Below are positions 40,831-52,808 of a stretch of 64,000 bases of DNA, one piece after another. The DNA is taken from positions 87,358,001 through 87,422,000 of the forward strand of contig NC_135661.1 of NCBI RefSeq assembly GCF_964188315.1, read 5' to 3'. The translations under genes were made by a program, and so were the position numbers. A model generated the notes under the pieces. That model worked only from the letters and a program-made list of their open reading frames with translations. It did not search any database and was not told the origin of the DNA. This stretch comes from Podarcis muralis. Its lineage: Eukaryota. Each line of letters starts with the position of its first letter. Positions within the stretch are counted from its first letter, which is position 1.

Positions 40831-41176
40831 GGGTGGCGCTGTGGGTTAAACCACAGAGCCTAGGACTTGCAGATCAGGAGTTGGCAGTTCGAATCCCCGC
40901 GACGGGGTGAGCTCCCGTTGCTCGGTCCCTGCTCCTACCAACCTAGCAGTTCGAAAGCATGTAAAAGTGCAAGTAGATAAATAGGTACCCCTCCGGTGGA
41001 AAGGTAAATGGTGTTTCCATGCGCTGCTCTGGTTCGCCAGAAGCGGCTTAGTCATGCTGGCCACATGACCCGGAAGCTGTACGCCGGCTCCCTCGGCCAA
41101 TAAAGCGAGATGAGCGCCGCAACCCCAGAGTCGTCAGAGACTGGACCTAATGGTCAGGGGTCCCTTTATCTTTACT
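40831..41176 (+). mobile_element. Sauria SINE
   Basis: Same consensus as the other copies. Confidence 0.88.
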
Positions 41177-42559
41177 ACCGTAAGTTAGGATTCGCTGACC
41201 CCACACCTCACGGTACTCCTCCGGCTGCCTGGGCCTCAGAGACGGCAGACCCCAAATGCGCTATCGCCTATTGCCCCCAACCCCTGGACAGACAGAGTTT
41301 GGCTCATCTGGGTCCTCGGTAGGGCCAAGGTGGGCAGCTGTGATGGAGGCACCTTCTCGTACGGTGGCCAAGTAGCAGCTGGAAGAGGAGAAGGTGGTGT
41401 TGGCACCCCTCTTTGGAGGGGGACCCCCCGGGGCTGTCTGCCAGCTGCTTCGTTCGACGGGGCACATGCGAGGGACAGGACGGAGGTCTCGTTTGCCTCG
41501 GCATCTGGATCAGACCCGCTTTCAGGGTCCAGGTGCCAATGTCCTAGGCTGGCCGGCTGGGTCCACCCTCCTTTCTACTCTTCCTGCCGGCCAAACCGGT
41601 TTGGCAGGATCCGGGAGCGCAGGCGGCGCCAGGGCCAGGCGAGTGCCCACCCCACACGGAAGAAGGCGCCTGGGCTAAGAACAGGAGCCTGCCGGATCAG
41701 GACAGTGCCCCCCCCCGCCCCAGGCTCCTGTTCTCACAGGGGCCCCAAGGAGGAGAGCCAATGCTGTATCCAAGCGCAATAACGCGTCAGGGGAAGCCCA
41801 GGGTCAAGAAATAAGCTGGGGAGGCAAAGCCGAGTCCTTCTGACTCTTCCTCCATGAATTTGCACATTCCTCTTTCAAAGCCATCAAAGTCCCCCCCACT
41901 CCGGCCTCTTGTGGGAGGGAGTTCCGCCGTTTAACTCTGCGCTGCGTAAAGAAGCCCGTCTTTCAATTTATCCGGAACTTTCCAATCTTACCCATAAGAT
42001 TGTTAACCCGGCTTGGCCAAGGCTGGTGTGAACTCTGGGGGAAAGGGGCCACGTCCAGCCTTGCGGGGGGGGGGTGCGTTGGCGCCAGGGGGTCGTGCAC
42101 AAAGTGTTTTGGACCGGAGGACCTCCTGCCCCCCGCCCCCCAGCTTCCCAATTTCCAGTAACGCCTCGGGTGTGTTTCCTGTTTTCGCTGGGATGCGCCG
42201 TCCCGGGCGGGGGGGAGGGGTGCTTTTCCCGGCTACTGTCTGATGCGCAAAGCAGGAAGACGCCCCCTCCAGAAAGAAACACATTGTCAGGAAGGACATG
42301 TTTTCCATTTCAGAGAGACAAAGCAGGGAATGTGGGGGGGGGGGGGTTGCAGGAGGGGACAGGGAGCCTGGCTTCAGCCCACAGCGCCGCCCTTTACGCA
42401 TGGCAGGGAGGGTGAGACTGGATGACCTCGGGGGTCCCCACCCCCTCGACGATCCTGTGATTTCCTGAGGAATCCCGTCCCTCGAGCCGCCTGAAGGGTG
42501 TTCATAGAATCGAGGAGTCCTGGGAAGGAGACCCCCGACGGTCATCTAGTCCCACCCTT

Positions 42560-42825
42560 GTTCCATGCTGGATCTAGGCTGGGGAAGGGGCTCGCCGCCC
42601 TCCCCGTCGAGGGCGGAGGCTGCCGCGAGGTGAGGGGGCAGGTACAGACCCCGCCCCCGCAAAGGGGCGTGTCCTCCTGGGCGGGGAGGCGTGGCCCCGA
42701 CGAGGCGCTCCCCTCCCTGCCTGCCTGTCTGCGCCCGGGCGCACAGCCTGGAAGGAGCGTCCGCTGCCGCCGCCGCCTCTCCGCCCGTCCGTCCGCCCGC
42801 GCGCTTTCTGCGAGGGGACCCCGCG
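42560..42825 (+). promoter_or_regulatory. CpG-rich promoter/5' UTR of the RhoUV-like gene
   Basis: High GC and CpG content with several GGGCGG/CCGCCC boxes directly upstream of the ATG at 42826. Confidence 0.65.
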
Positions 42826-45800
42826 ATGCCTCCGCAGGGCGAGTCTCTCCCGCCGGTGCCCCCGCGCCGCCCCCGCGAGCAGCGGCGCCTGCGGGGCCTC
42901 GAGTGCGTCCTGCTGGGCGACGGCGCCGTCGGGAAAACCAGCCTGGCGCTCAGCTACAGCACCAACGGCTTCCCCGCGCGATACGTCCCCACCGCCCTCG
43001 ACCGCTTCTCCGGTACGCGAGCGATGCGCGGGGGTGGGTTGGGATGGATGACCTTTGGGGGTGCCCTTCCCGCTCTGCGGGGACGAGCAAGAGCAGCGAC
43101 GACACTGCTTCGCGGGAGGTTTTGCTGTTTTATCCGCGGAAGTCATTCTTCAGCTGCCATTGCAGGGGGTTGGGATGGATGACCTTTGGGGGTCCCCTAC
43201 CGAACCGTGCAGGTCTGTGATTCCATACGGGGCGTGACTAGTGCTAAGCGCTATTCCTGCTCAACAGCCAGAGGGCATCGCCAACGTTGCAGGTTTACCT
43301 GCTCCCCAAAGAGGGGCCCTGCCCGGAGCACGGTTTGCAGGGGCTCCTGCAAATCCTTTTTCACGGGAGACCCCGGCAAGAGTCTCTTCCTGCTTGCCTC
43401 GTTCTGCCAGGAAAGATTTGCAGGCCTGGAGTCGACCGCATCCGAGTTTTCCTTTCCTAGTTCCTACCTGGAGAAAGACAAACTTTCATTTCACCAGAGT
43501 AGCCTCAGTCTGAGCGAAGGCTGCCGGAGGAGATCTATGGATGACGCGGGAAATGCAAACTAAACAAATGACGTCAGAATAATAATATTAAATAAGTATA
43601 AAAGTGGTTGGGGGTTGGCCTATATGTTCGCTGGGGTGCCTCCCAAACTATGACGCAGTGAATAACGAGGTTTTGCAATGGAGCACGGGTCGGGGATTGT
43701 TGAGTTGTGCTCCCTGCACTGCAGGAGTTGGGCTAGAATTTTATTATTATTATTATAAGTATTTTATTAGAATCATTTCATTCATAAAGAGATGGCGGGA
43801 GGGGGGAGAAAAGAGTTAGTGGGAATGATAAATAAGAAGAAAATACTGTCACCATACTTTAATATGCAGGTGTGTATATTCTTATTATCCTAATACACAA
43901 ATAATTGTCAGTAAGATAATATATTCTGCATAAACTCATTCCAGATAGAATTATATTTATCCAAAGACCCTCTGCTTCTCCAGCCATGTATTAAGGGGAA
44001 TTGTCTCTCTCTTCTTCCCATTCATCAATATCAGCCTCTGTTCCGGGTTCGAGTCCTGACGGAGTCACCAAAAACTAAATCAAGATCAGCCTCTAGGCTA
44101 GATGACCCCGGGGGGAGTCTTCAGAGGAGTCTGTTAAGAACCACAATTCTCCTTCTTCTGCTAGGGATCCTTGAGCTGCAGCCCTTGTGTTCCATGGGGT
44201 TGGGCTGGATGACCTTTGGAGGTCCCTTCCGCCTCCAGTGCCAGGGAGACTGAGCAGGAAGGCGCTGGGCTCTGACTTCCACAGCTGGGTGAGGGAAAGC
44301 CCCGATGCTGTGTCTTGATCTGGGGCGGCTGGGTCTGTCTGCCTCCCCAACTCTGACCCCCCATTTTTCTGTTTCGCCCCCCAGCTGTGGTGCAGGTCGA
44401 CGGAGACCCCATCCGGCTGCAGCTGTGCGACACCGCAGGGCAGGTAAGGAGGCCGGACGGGATGGGTTGGAGACTGACCTGGACTTGGCACGTTGACCTG
44501 GCCCTTCCTAACCGTCCCTGGGGCCTTCTTGAGGTCTAGCAACTTGTTTTTTCGAATTTATTCCCGAGGGTTGCAAGCCTGCCACTGAACCACTTTCCCC
44601 TCCGCAAATGGCGCAGGTGGCTTCCCCTCCCTGCAACCTGTAAGGGCAAAGGTGTCCCGGAGGCGAGAGGCGCAGGTGGGCTTCGCGGGGCCACATTTAT
44701 TTGGGGCCCCCTGCTCTGCGCCTCTTGAATCTGGCTTGTGGGGAAACTGAGGAGGGTCGGCTCTGGTGTCCGGGGTCCTAATACAGACACGTAGATATTG
44801 ATCCATTCTGGCTGTGGTTGCAATTTGCCTTTGAAATAGGCATATTGCTTAATTTTTACTTCTACAAAAAATAACAAACCTTTGTCAACACAAGAAATAC
44901 AAGACAAACTAGAAGACACCCAAATGTCCTGGTTAACACATCACCAATTACATGCCTTCTTAAACAATCCAGCAGTAAAATCAGCAGCAACTAGGCCCCT
45001 GACAACCTTCGAAAACCTCCTTCAAAGGGACACGGTAAAGGGATGGTATCCGCCGTATACAAAATACTACTACAAAATCCCACAAACTCCCTAGACGCAA
45101 TCAAAAAACAATGGGAGGATGACATAGGCTATGAGATTAACCCCACTCAATGGACCAAAATGTGGTCTAGGTAAAGGTAAAGGGACCCCTGACCATTAGG
45201 TCCAGTCGTGGCCGACTCAGGGGTTGCGGCGCTCATCTTGCTTTATTGGCCGAGGGAGCCGGCATACAGCTTCCGGGTCATGTGGCTAGCATGACTAATC
45301 CGCTTCTGGTGAACCAGAGCAGTGCACGGAAACGCCGTTTACCTTTCCGCCGGAGCGGTACCTATTTATCTACTTGCACTTTGACCTGCTTTCGAAGTGC
45401 TAGGTTGGCAGGAACAGGGACAGAGCAATGGGAGCTCACCCCATTGCGGGGATTCGAACACTGACCTTCTTTTCGGCAAGTCCTAGGCTCTGTGGTTTAA
45501 CCCACAGCGCCACCCGCATCCCAAAATGTGGTCTAAACCCCCCTTTAAATCCATATCAACAAAAAGAGAAGAACTCACTCTGAAACTCACCTACAGGTGG
45601 TACTTAACACCAAGAAAACTAGGGCTAATACGCCCAGGAACCTCACCAAAATGCTGGAGAGGGTGCACCTCCACAGGCACATACCTCCACATGTGGTGGG
45701 AGTGCCCCAAAATCCAACTATTCTGGACAACAGCCATACGAGAAATAAGTAAAATAACCAAACAAGTATTAGAAACCACCCCAGAATTGGCCCTACTAAA

Positions 45801-47315
45801 CATCTTCCAAGACAACAATGCCCACTTACACCACAAAGAACTCATAACCCACCTACTTTCAGCAGCCAGAAACACCATAACCAGACACTGGAGAGACCTG
45901 TCAGGAGTAAGCATGGACCAATAGTACTAAATAGTATGGGAAACAGTCTTACTAGAAAAATTAACCAATAAACTGAAACTGACACAGGGACAAATAGAAG
46001 AAGACGCCTTCACCCCGGTATAGCTCCCCTTTATCACACACACAGCCCACAAGACAATGACAAAAATCCACCAACGGCATACAAATCAATATGGCTAAGT
46101 TAAAGGGACCCCTGACCATTAGGTCCAGTCGTGGCCGACTCATCTCGCTTTATTGGCCGAGGGAGCCGGCATACAGCATCCGGGTCATGTGGCCAGCATG
46201 ACTAAGCCGCTTCGGGCGAACTGATGGGGACTTGGGTGGTGCTGTGGGTTAAACCACAGAGCCTAGGGCTTGCCGATCAGAAGGTCGGCGGTTCAAATCC
46301 CCGCGACAGGGTGAACTCCCTTTGCTTGGTCCCTGCTCCTGCCAACCAACAGTTTGAAAGCACGTCAAAGTGCAAGTAGATAAATAGTTACCACTCTGGC
46401 GGGAAGGTAAACGGCGTTTCCATGCGCTGCTCTGGTTCGCCAGAAGTGGCTTGGTCATGCCGGCTCCCTCGGCCAATAAAGCGAGATGAGCGCCGCAACC
46501 CCAGAGTCGTCCGCGACCGGACCTAATGGTCAGGGGTCCCTTTACCTTTACCTATGCTGCCCTTCCTCCCTAGAAGAGGGTTGGCCTAGATGCCCGCCAG
46601 GGCACCCCCTCCTAGCCCTGTGGTTAGAATCAACTAGGGTCATCGTTTTCTGATTCACCGGAGCACTTTAAACAGAGGTTGCCTGGCCACCTGCCACGGA
46701 TTCTCGGGTGGCAATTCCTGCCGCGTTGGAGGGGGTTGGTCTAGATGGCCCCTGGAGGACCCCTTCCAGCTCTGCGGTTCCCTGGTTCGGTGCCTTCAGG
46801 GACCCCAGCTTGCAGGGCGCCCCTCTCTCCCTCTTCACGGCCTCCCCTCTTTGCCCCCCCAGGACGAGTTTGACAGCCTGCGGCGCCTCTGCTACCCGAA
46901 GGCGGACGTGGTCCTGCTCTGCTTCAGCGTCGTGTCTCCGACCTCGTTCCAGAACATCTCTGAGAAGTGGCTCCCCGAATTGCGCCGCCACTGCCCCGCC
47001 ACGCCCGTCCTGCTGGTGGGCACCCAGTCGGACCTGCGCCAGGACGTCAAGGTCCTCATCGCCCTGTCCCGGCGCCGGGAGAAGCCTGTGTCCCCCTCGG
47101 CCGCCCGCACCCTCTCCGCCAAAGCCGGCTTGCTGGGCTATGTGGAGTGCTCGGCTCTCACCCAGCACAACCTAAAGGAGGTCTTTGACACGGCCATCAC
47201 CGCAGGGCTGCGCTGCGCCCGTGGCCCCCCGCCCAAGCCGCAGCGTCGCAGCACCGCCAGCCGCATCCGGACCCTCTCCAAGGCTTGGTGGAGGAAGCAC
47301 GTCTGCCTGTCATAG
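42826..47315 (+). CDS. RhoU/RhoV (Wrch1/Chp)-family atypical Rho GTPase, 3 exons: 42826-43012, 44385-44443, 46863-47315 (699 nt, 232 aa)
   Basis: The exons splice in frame (187+59+453). The protein has an N-terminal PPVPPRR, P-loop GDGAVGKT, DTAGQ, TQSD, ECSALTQ, and ends LSKAWWRKHVCLS*. The exon structure is that of RHOU/RHOV. No symbol is given because orthology to RHOU or RHOV is doubtful (see findings). Confidence 0.95.
44760..46100 (+). mobile_element. L1-clade LINE ORF2 3' remnant in RhoUV-like intron 2
   Basis: ORF 45526..45924 carries the L1 C-terminal Cys/His motif CWRGC....TYLHMWWECPKI..FW. Confidence 0.85.
45170..45520 (-). mobile_element. Sauria SINE inserted in an L1 ORF2 remnant
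   Basis: 15-bp TSD CCAAAATGTGGTCTA at 45155-45169 and 45521-45535. Confidence 0.92.
46101..46552. mobile_element. Inverted pair: 3' part of a Sauria SINE (-, ~46101-46220) abutting a near-full Sauria SINE (+, ~46225-46552)
   Basis: The tail sequence GGGACCCCTGACCATTAGGTCC occurs on opposite strands at the two ends. Confidence 0.8.
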
Positions 47316-48409
47316 CGCTGGGCGATTCCCGCATGGCCTGACCCCTTCCAATGGGTTCGCCTGCAGACTGGACCAACTGAGGGGCGTAGGCTTTTGAGAG
47401 GGGCCAGGCCGGGCCGGCCTTCCTCGCAGGGACTTCGGGCGGAATCTCGGCAGGGCCAAACAGATCTCGAAAAGGATCCCAAAGACGTTTCCTCGTCTCC
47501 GAGAGGGACGTGGCCGGGCTTTCGTTTAGGGACGCTCTGCCAGCACGGCTGGAGAGAGCGGATGCTTCTCAACGGCTGCGTTTGGGTCCCGGTTGCTGGT
47601 CTCCCTTTAGGGCATGTGAGACCAGGAGACTGGACCATTGACCTGATCTTCTCATGCTCTTGTGGAACCTCCAGCCCCAGAGGCAGTCTATCCGGATTCT
47701 TAAGTTCTGTGGGGGTATTTGGCTACCGTGAGAACTGGACTTTATGGGCCACTGGCCTGTTGCAGCAGCCAAGCTTCTTAAACGTTTTCATGGGACCTCC
47801 ATCTCCAGAGGCAGTCTATCTGAATTCTTAGGTTTTATGGGGTATTTGGCCCCTGTGTGGCTGGACTAAATGGGTCCCCTTTGGGTCTCATTCAGCAGCC
47901 GCGCTCTTCTAATGTTCTTGCGCTTCCCCCCCACCTTGGGATTTGGGACCTTCAGCTCCCAGCCCCACTGAGAAGGGCCATATATTTGTAGACCCTGGTA
48001 TCTCTGGGGAGATGGGACCAGGTTGGGGGCAGATGCTTTGGGGAGGCTGTGACTGGAAGCTTTGCCTCCCCACCCCCAAAAATAAAACTTCTGCACATAG
48101 TTTAGCTGAGAGCGCCATGGAGCAGCCCTTTGGCTAGAGTGGGGGTTTACTTGCAGAAGTGTGAGATGGGGTGACATTTTTTAAACCACTGAAAATTTTG
48201 TAGAGTTGGAAGAGAATGTGTCCCCCCCCCCCCCCCGGGCCACCTAGTCCCAAGCCCCTGCAATGCAGCAAGCACAGCAAACTTTGGTTCTTGGTTTCGG
48301 AAGGAGAATATTTCGGGTGGGGGGAAAGTTTCTGAAAACGAAAAGTTGTAGAGTGGTTTTTTTACGCCATTTGTGCCTTTTCCCTGAGACGAAACCCAGG
48401 CCTTGAAAC

Positions 48410-48453
<44 letters not shown>

Positions 48454-48455
<2 letters not shown>

Positions 48456-48679
48456 AGTGGACGCTCGGGTTGCGAATGTGATCTGTGCGGGATGCACATT
48501 CGCAACCTGCAGCGTTCGCAACCCTTCAGCGATTCTGCGCATGCGCAAAGTGCGATTTAGCGCTTCTGCGCATGCGCGGCCGCTAAAACCCGGAAGTAAC
48601 CCGTTCCGGTACTTCCGGGTTGCGGTGGTCCGTAACCTGAAAAAACGCAACCTGAAGCGTCTGTAACCCGAGGCATGAC
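48454..48679. mobile_element. Tc1/mariner MITE variant next to a (GT)n microsatellite
   Basis: TACAGTGGACGCTCGGG...CCCGAGGCATGACTGTA; internal hairpin GGTTGCGAATGTG...CACATTCGCAACC. Confidence 0.75.
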
Positions 48680-50735
48680 TGTATTTGGTCTGACCCAGGC
48701 AGCATGGTCAGACTAGGACCAGGGTTCGAATCCTCGCTCGGCCACGAAGCTCCCCGGGTGTGACGTTGGAGCTCAGCCACCGCCTCTCTCAGCCTGACCT
48801 ACCTCACAGGGTTGCTGTTGCAGGGATTAAATGAGGATCGGGAGAACCAAGTAACCTTGGATAGAGTGGGATGGAGAGGCAAGAAAAGAATTAATAATAA
48901 AACCCCAAGTTGCGCCCCCAATAAAATCCTTTGAGACAACCTGACATCTGAGCCCTGTTGCCCCCCCCCCCTTGCAAGGAGGCAGGTGGAAATGTGCTTT
49001 TTTGGGGGGGGAATTCCCCCACCTGCCCATTTTCTCTTTCCAGGTCCTCGTTCCCTTTGCCTTGCAGGGGACCTGCAAAACTTTCCCTCCTTCCCCTTCA
49101 TTTCTCTTTCCATGGAAAAAATAAAATAAAATCCTGGGAATTGGGAGCTGCTTTCTCTTTTTTTCCGTTTCCTGTTTCTCCTCCACCTGTGTCCTTCCTG
49201 AAAAGCAGTTGGGTTTTTTTTGCAAGCTTGAATTCTCCAGCCTCCTGGCTGCAAAGGGGAGGGGGGGGAAAGTCTGCTTTGTAGTTCTCAGTGCAATCGC
49301 CTCCCCCCCCCCCAAATACCACCCCACACACGTACAGGAATTTGGAAAATTACAAAAGGTGACGGGTTTTTACATTTTGCTGCAACGCAGAGATGAAATG
49401 TGTGTCGCTGCTTTTCTTTCTGGGGGGGGTCAGAGAACAGCCTCCCCCCCCGCAAGAAAAATCTCTAGGTTGCATTTGCACAGGAGGATTTCTGACTTTT
49501 TTTGTGGGGGGGGGGGAGATCCCTTTGAAGTATTTTCCCTCGATTAAAAATAAGCTGTTTGCTTTCTTCTCCTGTGTGAATGCCTGCCTTGGGTCTGGTC
49601 CCCCCGCCCCCCATGTGGGTCAGAGGCGGAAGGGAGGAAAGGGACTTGGGGTTTCACACACCCCCAAAAAAGGGGGCGGGAAGAGAATCACGTGCTCCAC
49701 CTGAAGCCTCGTGGAGGAAAAGTTGGGGCAGAAATGCAATAAATGAACAGTGAGAAAAGAAGTATTTTTGTTTCTCCCTCATTCAGCTAGAGGCAGCATG
49801 ACTTGGGCCAGAGTTGGCTGGGACCCCATGAGCTATCTAGTCTGACCCCCTTCAATGTCTTATCTGTGATAAAGAGATGGATTTTGTGTCTATGTCCTGG
49901 GCCCCGTTTCTGTCTCTGCGATTCCCCAGTAGCCCCCACTTCCTCCCCCCACCCAATGTTTTGTCACGGTTCTCCTTTCAATATGACCCCCTTCCAGACA
50001 GAACGCCCCCTTTTGCCCCTCTCTCCAAATCCCAGACAGAGGCGATGGTTCTAACCCAGAGGTTGCCAACGTTGTGCCCTCCGAATATGCCTGGACCACA
50101 AGTCCCATCATCCTTGACCACTGGGGTTGATGGGAGTTGGAGTCCCAAGAACCTCTGGAGAGGGGGGGCTGCTGTCCCTGCCATGTCGGCTGCCCTCTGC
50201 TCCAGCTAATTTGGTGAGTAGGGAAAATGTACTCTGCACATGCTCAGAGGCACCTGAGCTTTAAAGGCGCAGCTCTGCGTGTCCCTGGGCTGCACTTTGG
50301 CCTTCGTGGCAAGCCTGGGCCTGTTAATATTAACAGGACAGCAGCGGACATGTCAGCCTCGCTTGCGCCCTGTTCTCCGCTGGGGCTCCTCATAGGAGAA
50401 GTTGCTTTTCCTGCCCCCGGAGGCAGAATCTTCGGCTGGGAGACTCTGTTCAAGGCCAGGCAATTGGGGGAAGCAGCCGGAAAAGGGGTAAGAAGGGAAC
50501 AGAAACCCGGGAGGCTGGCAGGTCTGTCTGCCTTTCTCCTCCCTCCTGGCTTAGGCGCCGCCTTTTGATAGACACTCATGGAATTGTAGAGTTGGAAGGG
50601 GCACCCAGGGGTCATCCAGCCCAACCCCTGCAATGCAGGAATCTCAGCGGAAGAATCCCTGACCGATGGCCATGCAACCTCTGCTTAAAAACCTCCAAGG
50701 AAGGAGATTGCACCACCTTCCGAGGGAGCTGGAAG

Positions 50736-51112
50736 NNNNNNNNNNNNNNNNNNNNNNNNNNNNNNNNNNNNNNNNNNNNNNNNNNNNNNNNNNNNNNNNN
50801 NNNNNNNNNNNNNNNNNNNNNNNNNNNNNNNNNNNNNNNNNNNNNNNNNNNNNNNNNNNNNNNNNNNNNNNNNNNNNNNNNNNNNNNNNNNNNNNNNNNN
50901 NNNNNNNNNNNNNNNNNNNNNNNNNNNNNNNNNNNNNNNNNNNNNNNNNNNNNNNNNNNNNNNNNNNNNNNNNNNNNNNNNNNNNNNNNNNNNNNNNNNN
51001 NNNNNNNNNNNNNNNNNNNNNNNNNNNNNNNNNNNNNNNNNNNNNNNNNNNNNNNNNNNNNNNNNNNNNNNNNNNNNNNNNNNNNNNNNNNNNNNNNNNN
51101 NNNNNNNNNNNN
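50736..51112. other. Assembly gap (377 N)
   Basis: Run of N characters. Confidence 1.
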
Positions 51113-52808
51113 CTCCTGCCTGCCTCCCTCGCCTCTTCCTGGGGGTTTTCCGGAGCCTGGGCTCCAGGCCCACAACCTGGCAGCCGCCCCACCCTGCTCT
51201 GTGGGGCAGAGGGAGGCTGAGAGCCTGCAGGCCTCCTCCTCTTTGGCGAGGGCAGCCAGCGCTTCTTGGGTGCCCGCCTGCCTCTTGCCCGCCACCCCTG
51301 GCACCTTCCCTCCCCTGCTGCAACCTGCCCAGCTGCCGCCATCTTATCGGGGCATCAAAGGCGGCCTGCTGGCACACAGCCCGGCCTGCCAGCGGGCGCC
51401 GGATGAGGCCCAGGAGTCCTTGGGACTTTGCCCTAAGGGGTGTGCCCAGCCATTCCGCGGGATGGGGTGAAAGGGGCAGACCTCTTCCCCCTGAGCATGT
51501 GCAGAGTGCATCTCTTGATGACGAGGCAGGGCAAGCTGCAGGCGGGCCCGGATCTCCTTCTTCGTCCTGTTATTAAAGAGGGCAACCTTGGCATTAGAGT
51601 TTAGACTCGTTGGATGGTAGAGTCGGGAGGGGACCTCCAAGGGCCATCTAGTCCAGCCCCCTCCAAATGCAGCAATCGCATTTCAACTGGAAGTGGGGCT
51701 CAGCGACGCCAGGATTCACTTTGCCATCTTTTGTCCTGTGGGTTACAAACCGGTCGGACAGTATAACACGGCACGGAAAGAAAAAGTGAGTGCCTCTGAG
51801 CGCGTGCGGAGTGCACTTGCCTCGCCACTCAACTGCAGCCAGTTGGAGGCAAGCAGACACCTGCCCTGGGGGTGCTACAACCTGGTCAGAGCCTGCAAAG
51901 AGAGGGGGGCCAGTCTAGGCGATGATCAGCCATGTTGGGGGGGGGCAACCAATTCCAATTTCTGGGTTCTGGAGCGGCTGAGGCTGCAGGACTCCTGGGT
52001 CCTCTCCCGGACTCCTGGGTCCTCTCCCTGCCCTCATTCTCCAGGGCTGGCAGGCTCCTTGACTGGCCCCACCCTGCTGCAGGATCTAACTTGATATGAG
52101 GGGGGGCAGGAGGAGGAGGAGGAGGAAGGGCCCAAGCTGCACCCTCCCTGCCCATCAGCACCCGCAGGGGGCGGCTGCCGGCTTGGCAAGGACAGACTGT
52201 TCCTGCTGGAGTTGGCGCTCAGCTTGGCCTCGCCCGCCCCCCTACCTGTGGGCCTCGCAGGGAGGGCGTGTAGGGGCTTGCATGGCGGGGCAGGGGGGGG
52301 AGGGAGAGAGATGGAGGAAAGAGGAAAAACTTGGGGTGGGGGAGCAGTTGGGTTGCCTTTCAACTGGGCACGGAAAAGGGTTTGCCAAGTTGTGCCAGCA
52401 GGGGTGCCCTGGACGCACCTTGGGATCTTCGAAAGCTAAGATCCTGGAGGCACAGACTTGCAGGCTTGGAAGCGACATCTAGTCTAAGCCCCCGCAATGC
52501 AGAAATGCGTCCAAGACAGATGGAGAGGTCGGCCGCATGGGTGGGGGCTGTGAAAAAAAGAGAGAGGCAAATTCCACGCTGGGGATCCTCGCAAAGGAAT
52601 TGGGAATAAAACGGATGCATCTATGCCGTGACGGCATTGGCAGTCCTGTGCCTGGTTCTGGGTGCCTCGTCTCAAAACGGAGATCGAAGAGCTGGAAAAG
52701 GTTTTGAACATGATCGAGGAAGGGAGGGAGTCGCTGTGGCAGCATTTGGGACTTTGGAGAAGAGCTAAAAGGCAAAAGGTTTTTCAGAATATGCCTGGGG
52801 GGAGGGCA

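Noticed and set aside
47660-47860. Two ~65-bp similar units in the Rho paralog 3' region
   Set aside because: A related unit occurs near 21445, so these look like fragments of a dispersed old repeat rather than a dedicated 3' UTR element.
50565-51470. ORFs of 184-301 aa spanning 50.6-51.4 kb
   Set aside because: Their length is an artefact of the 377-N gap being translated as X.
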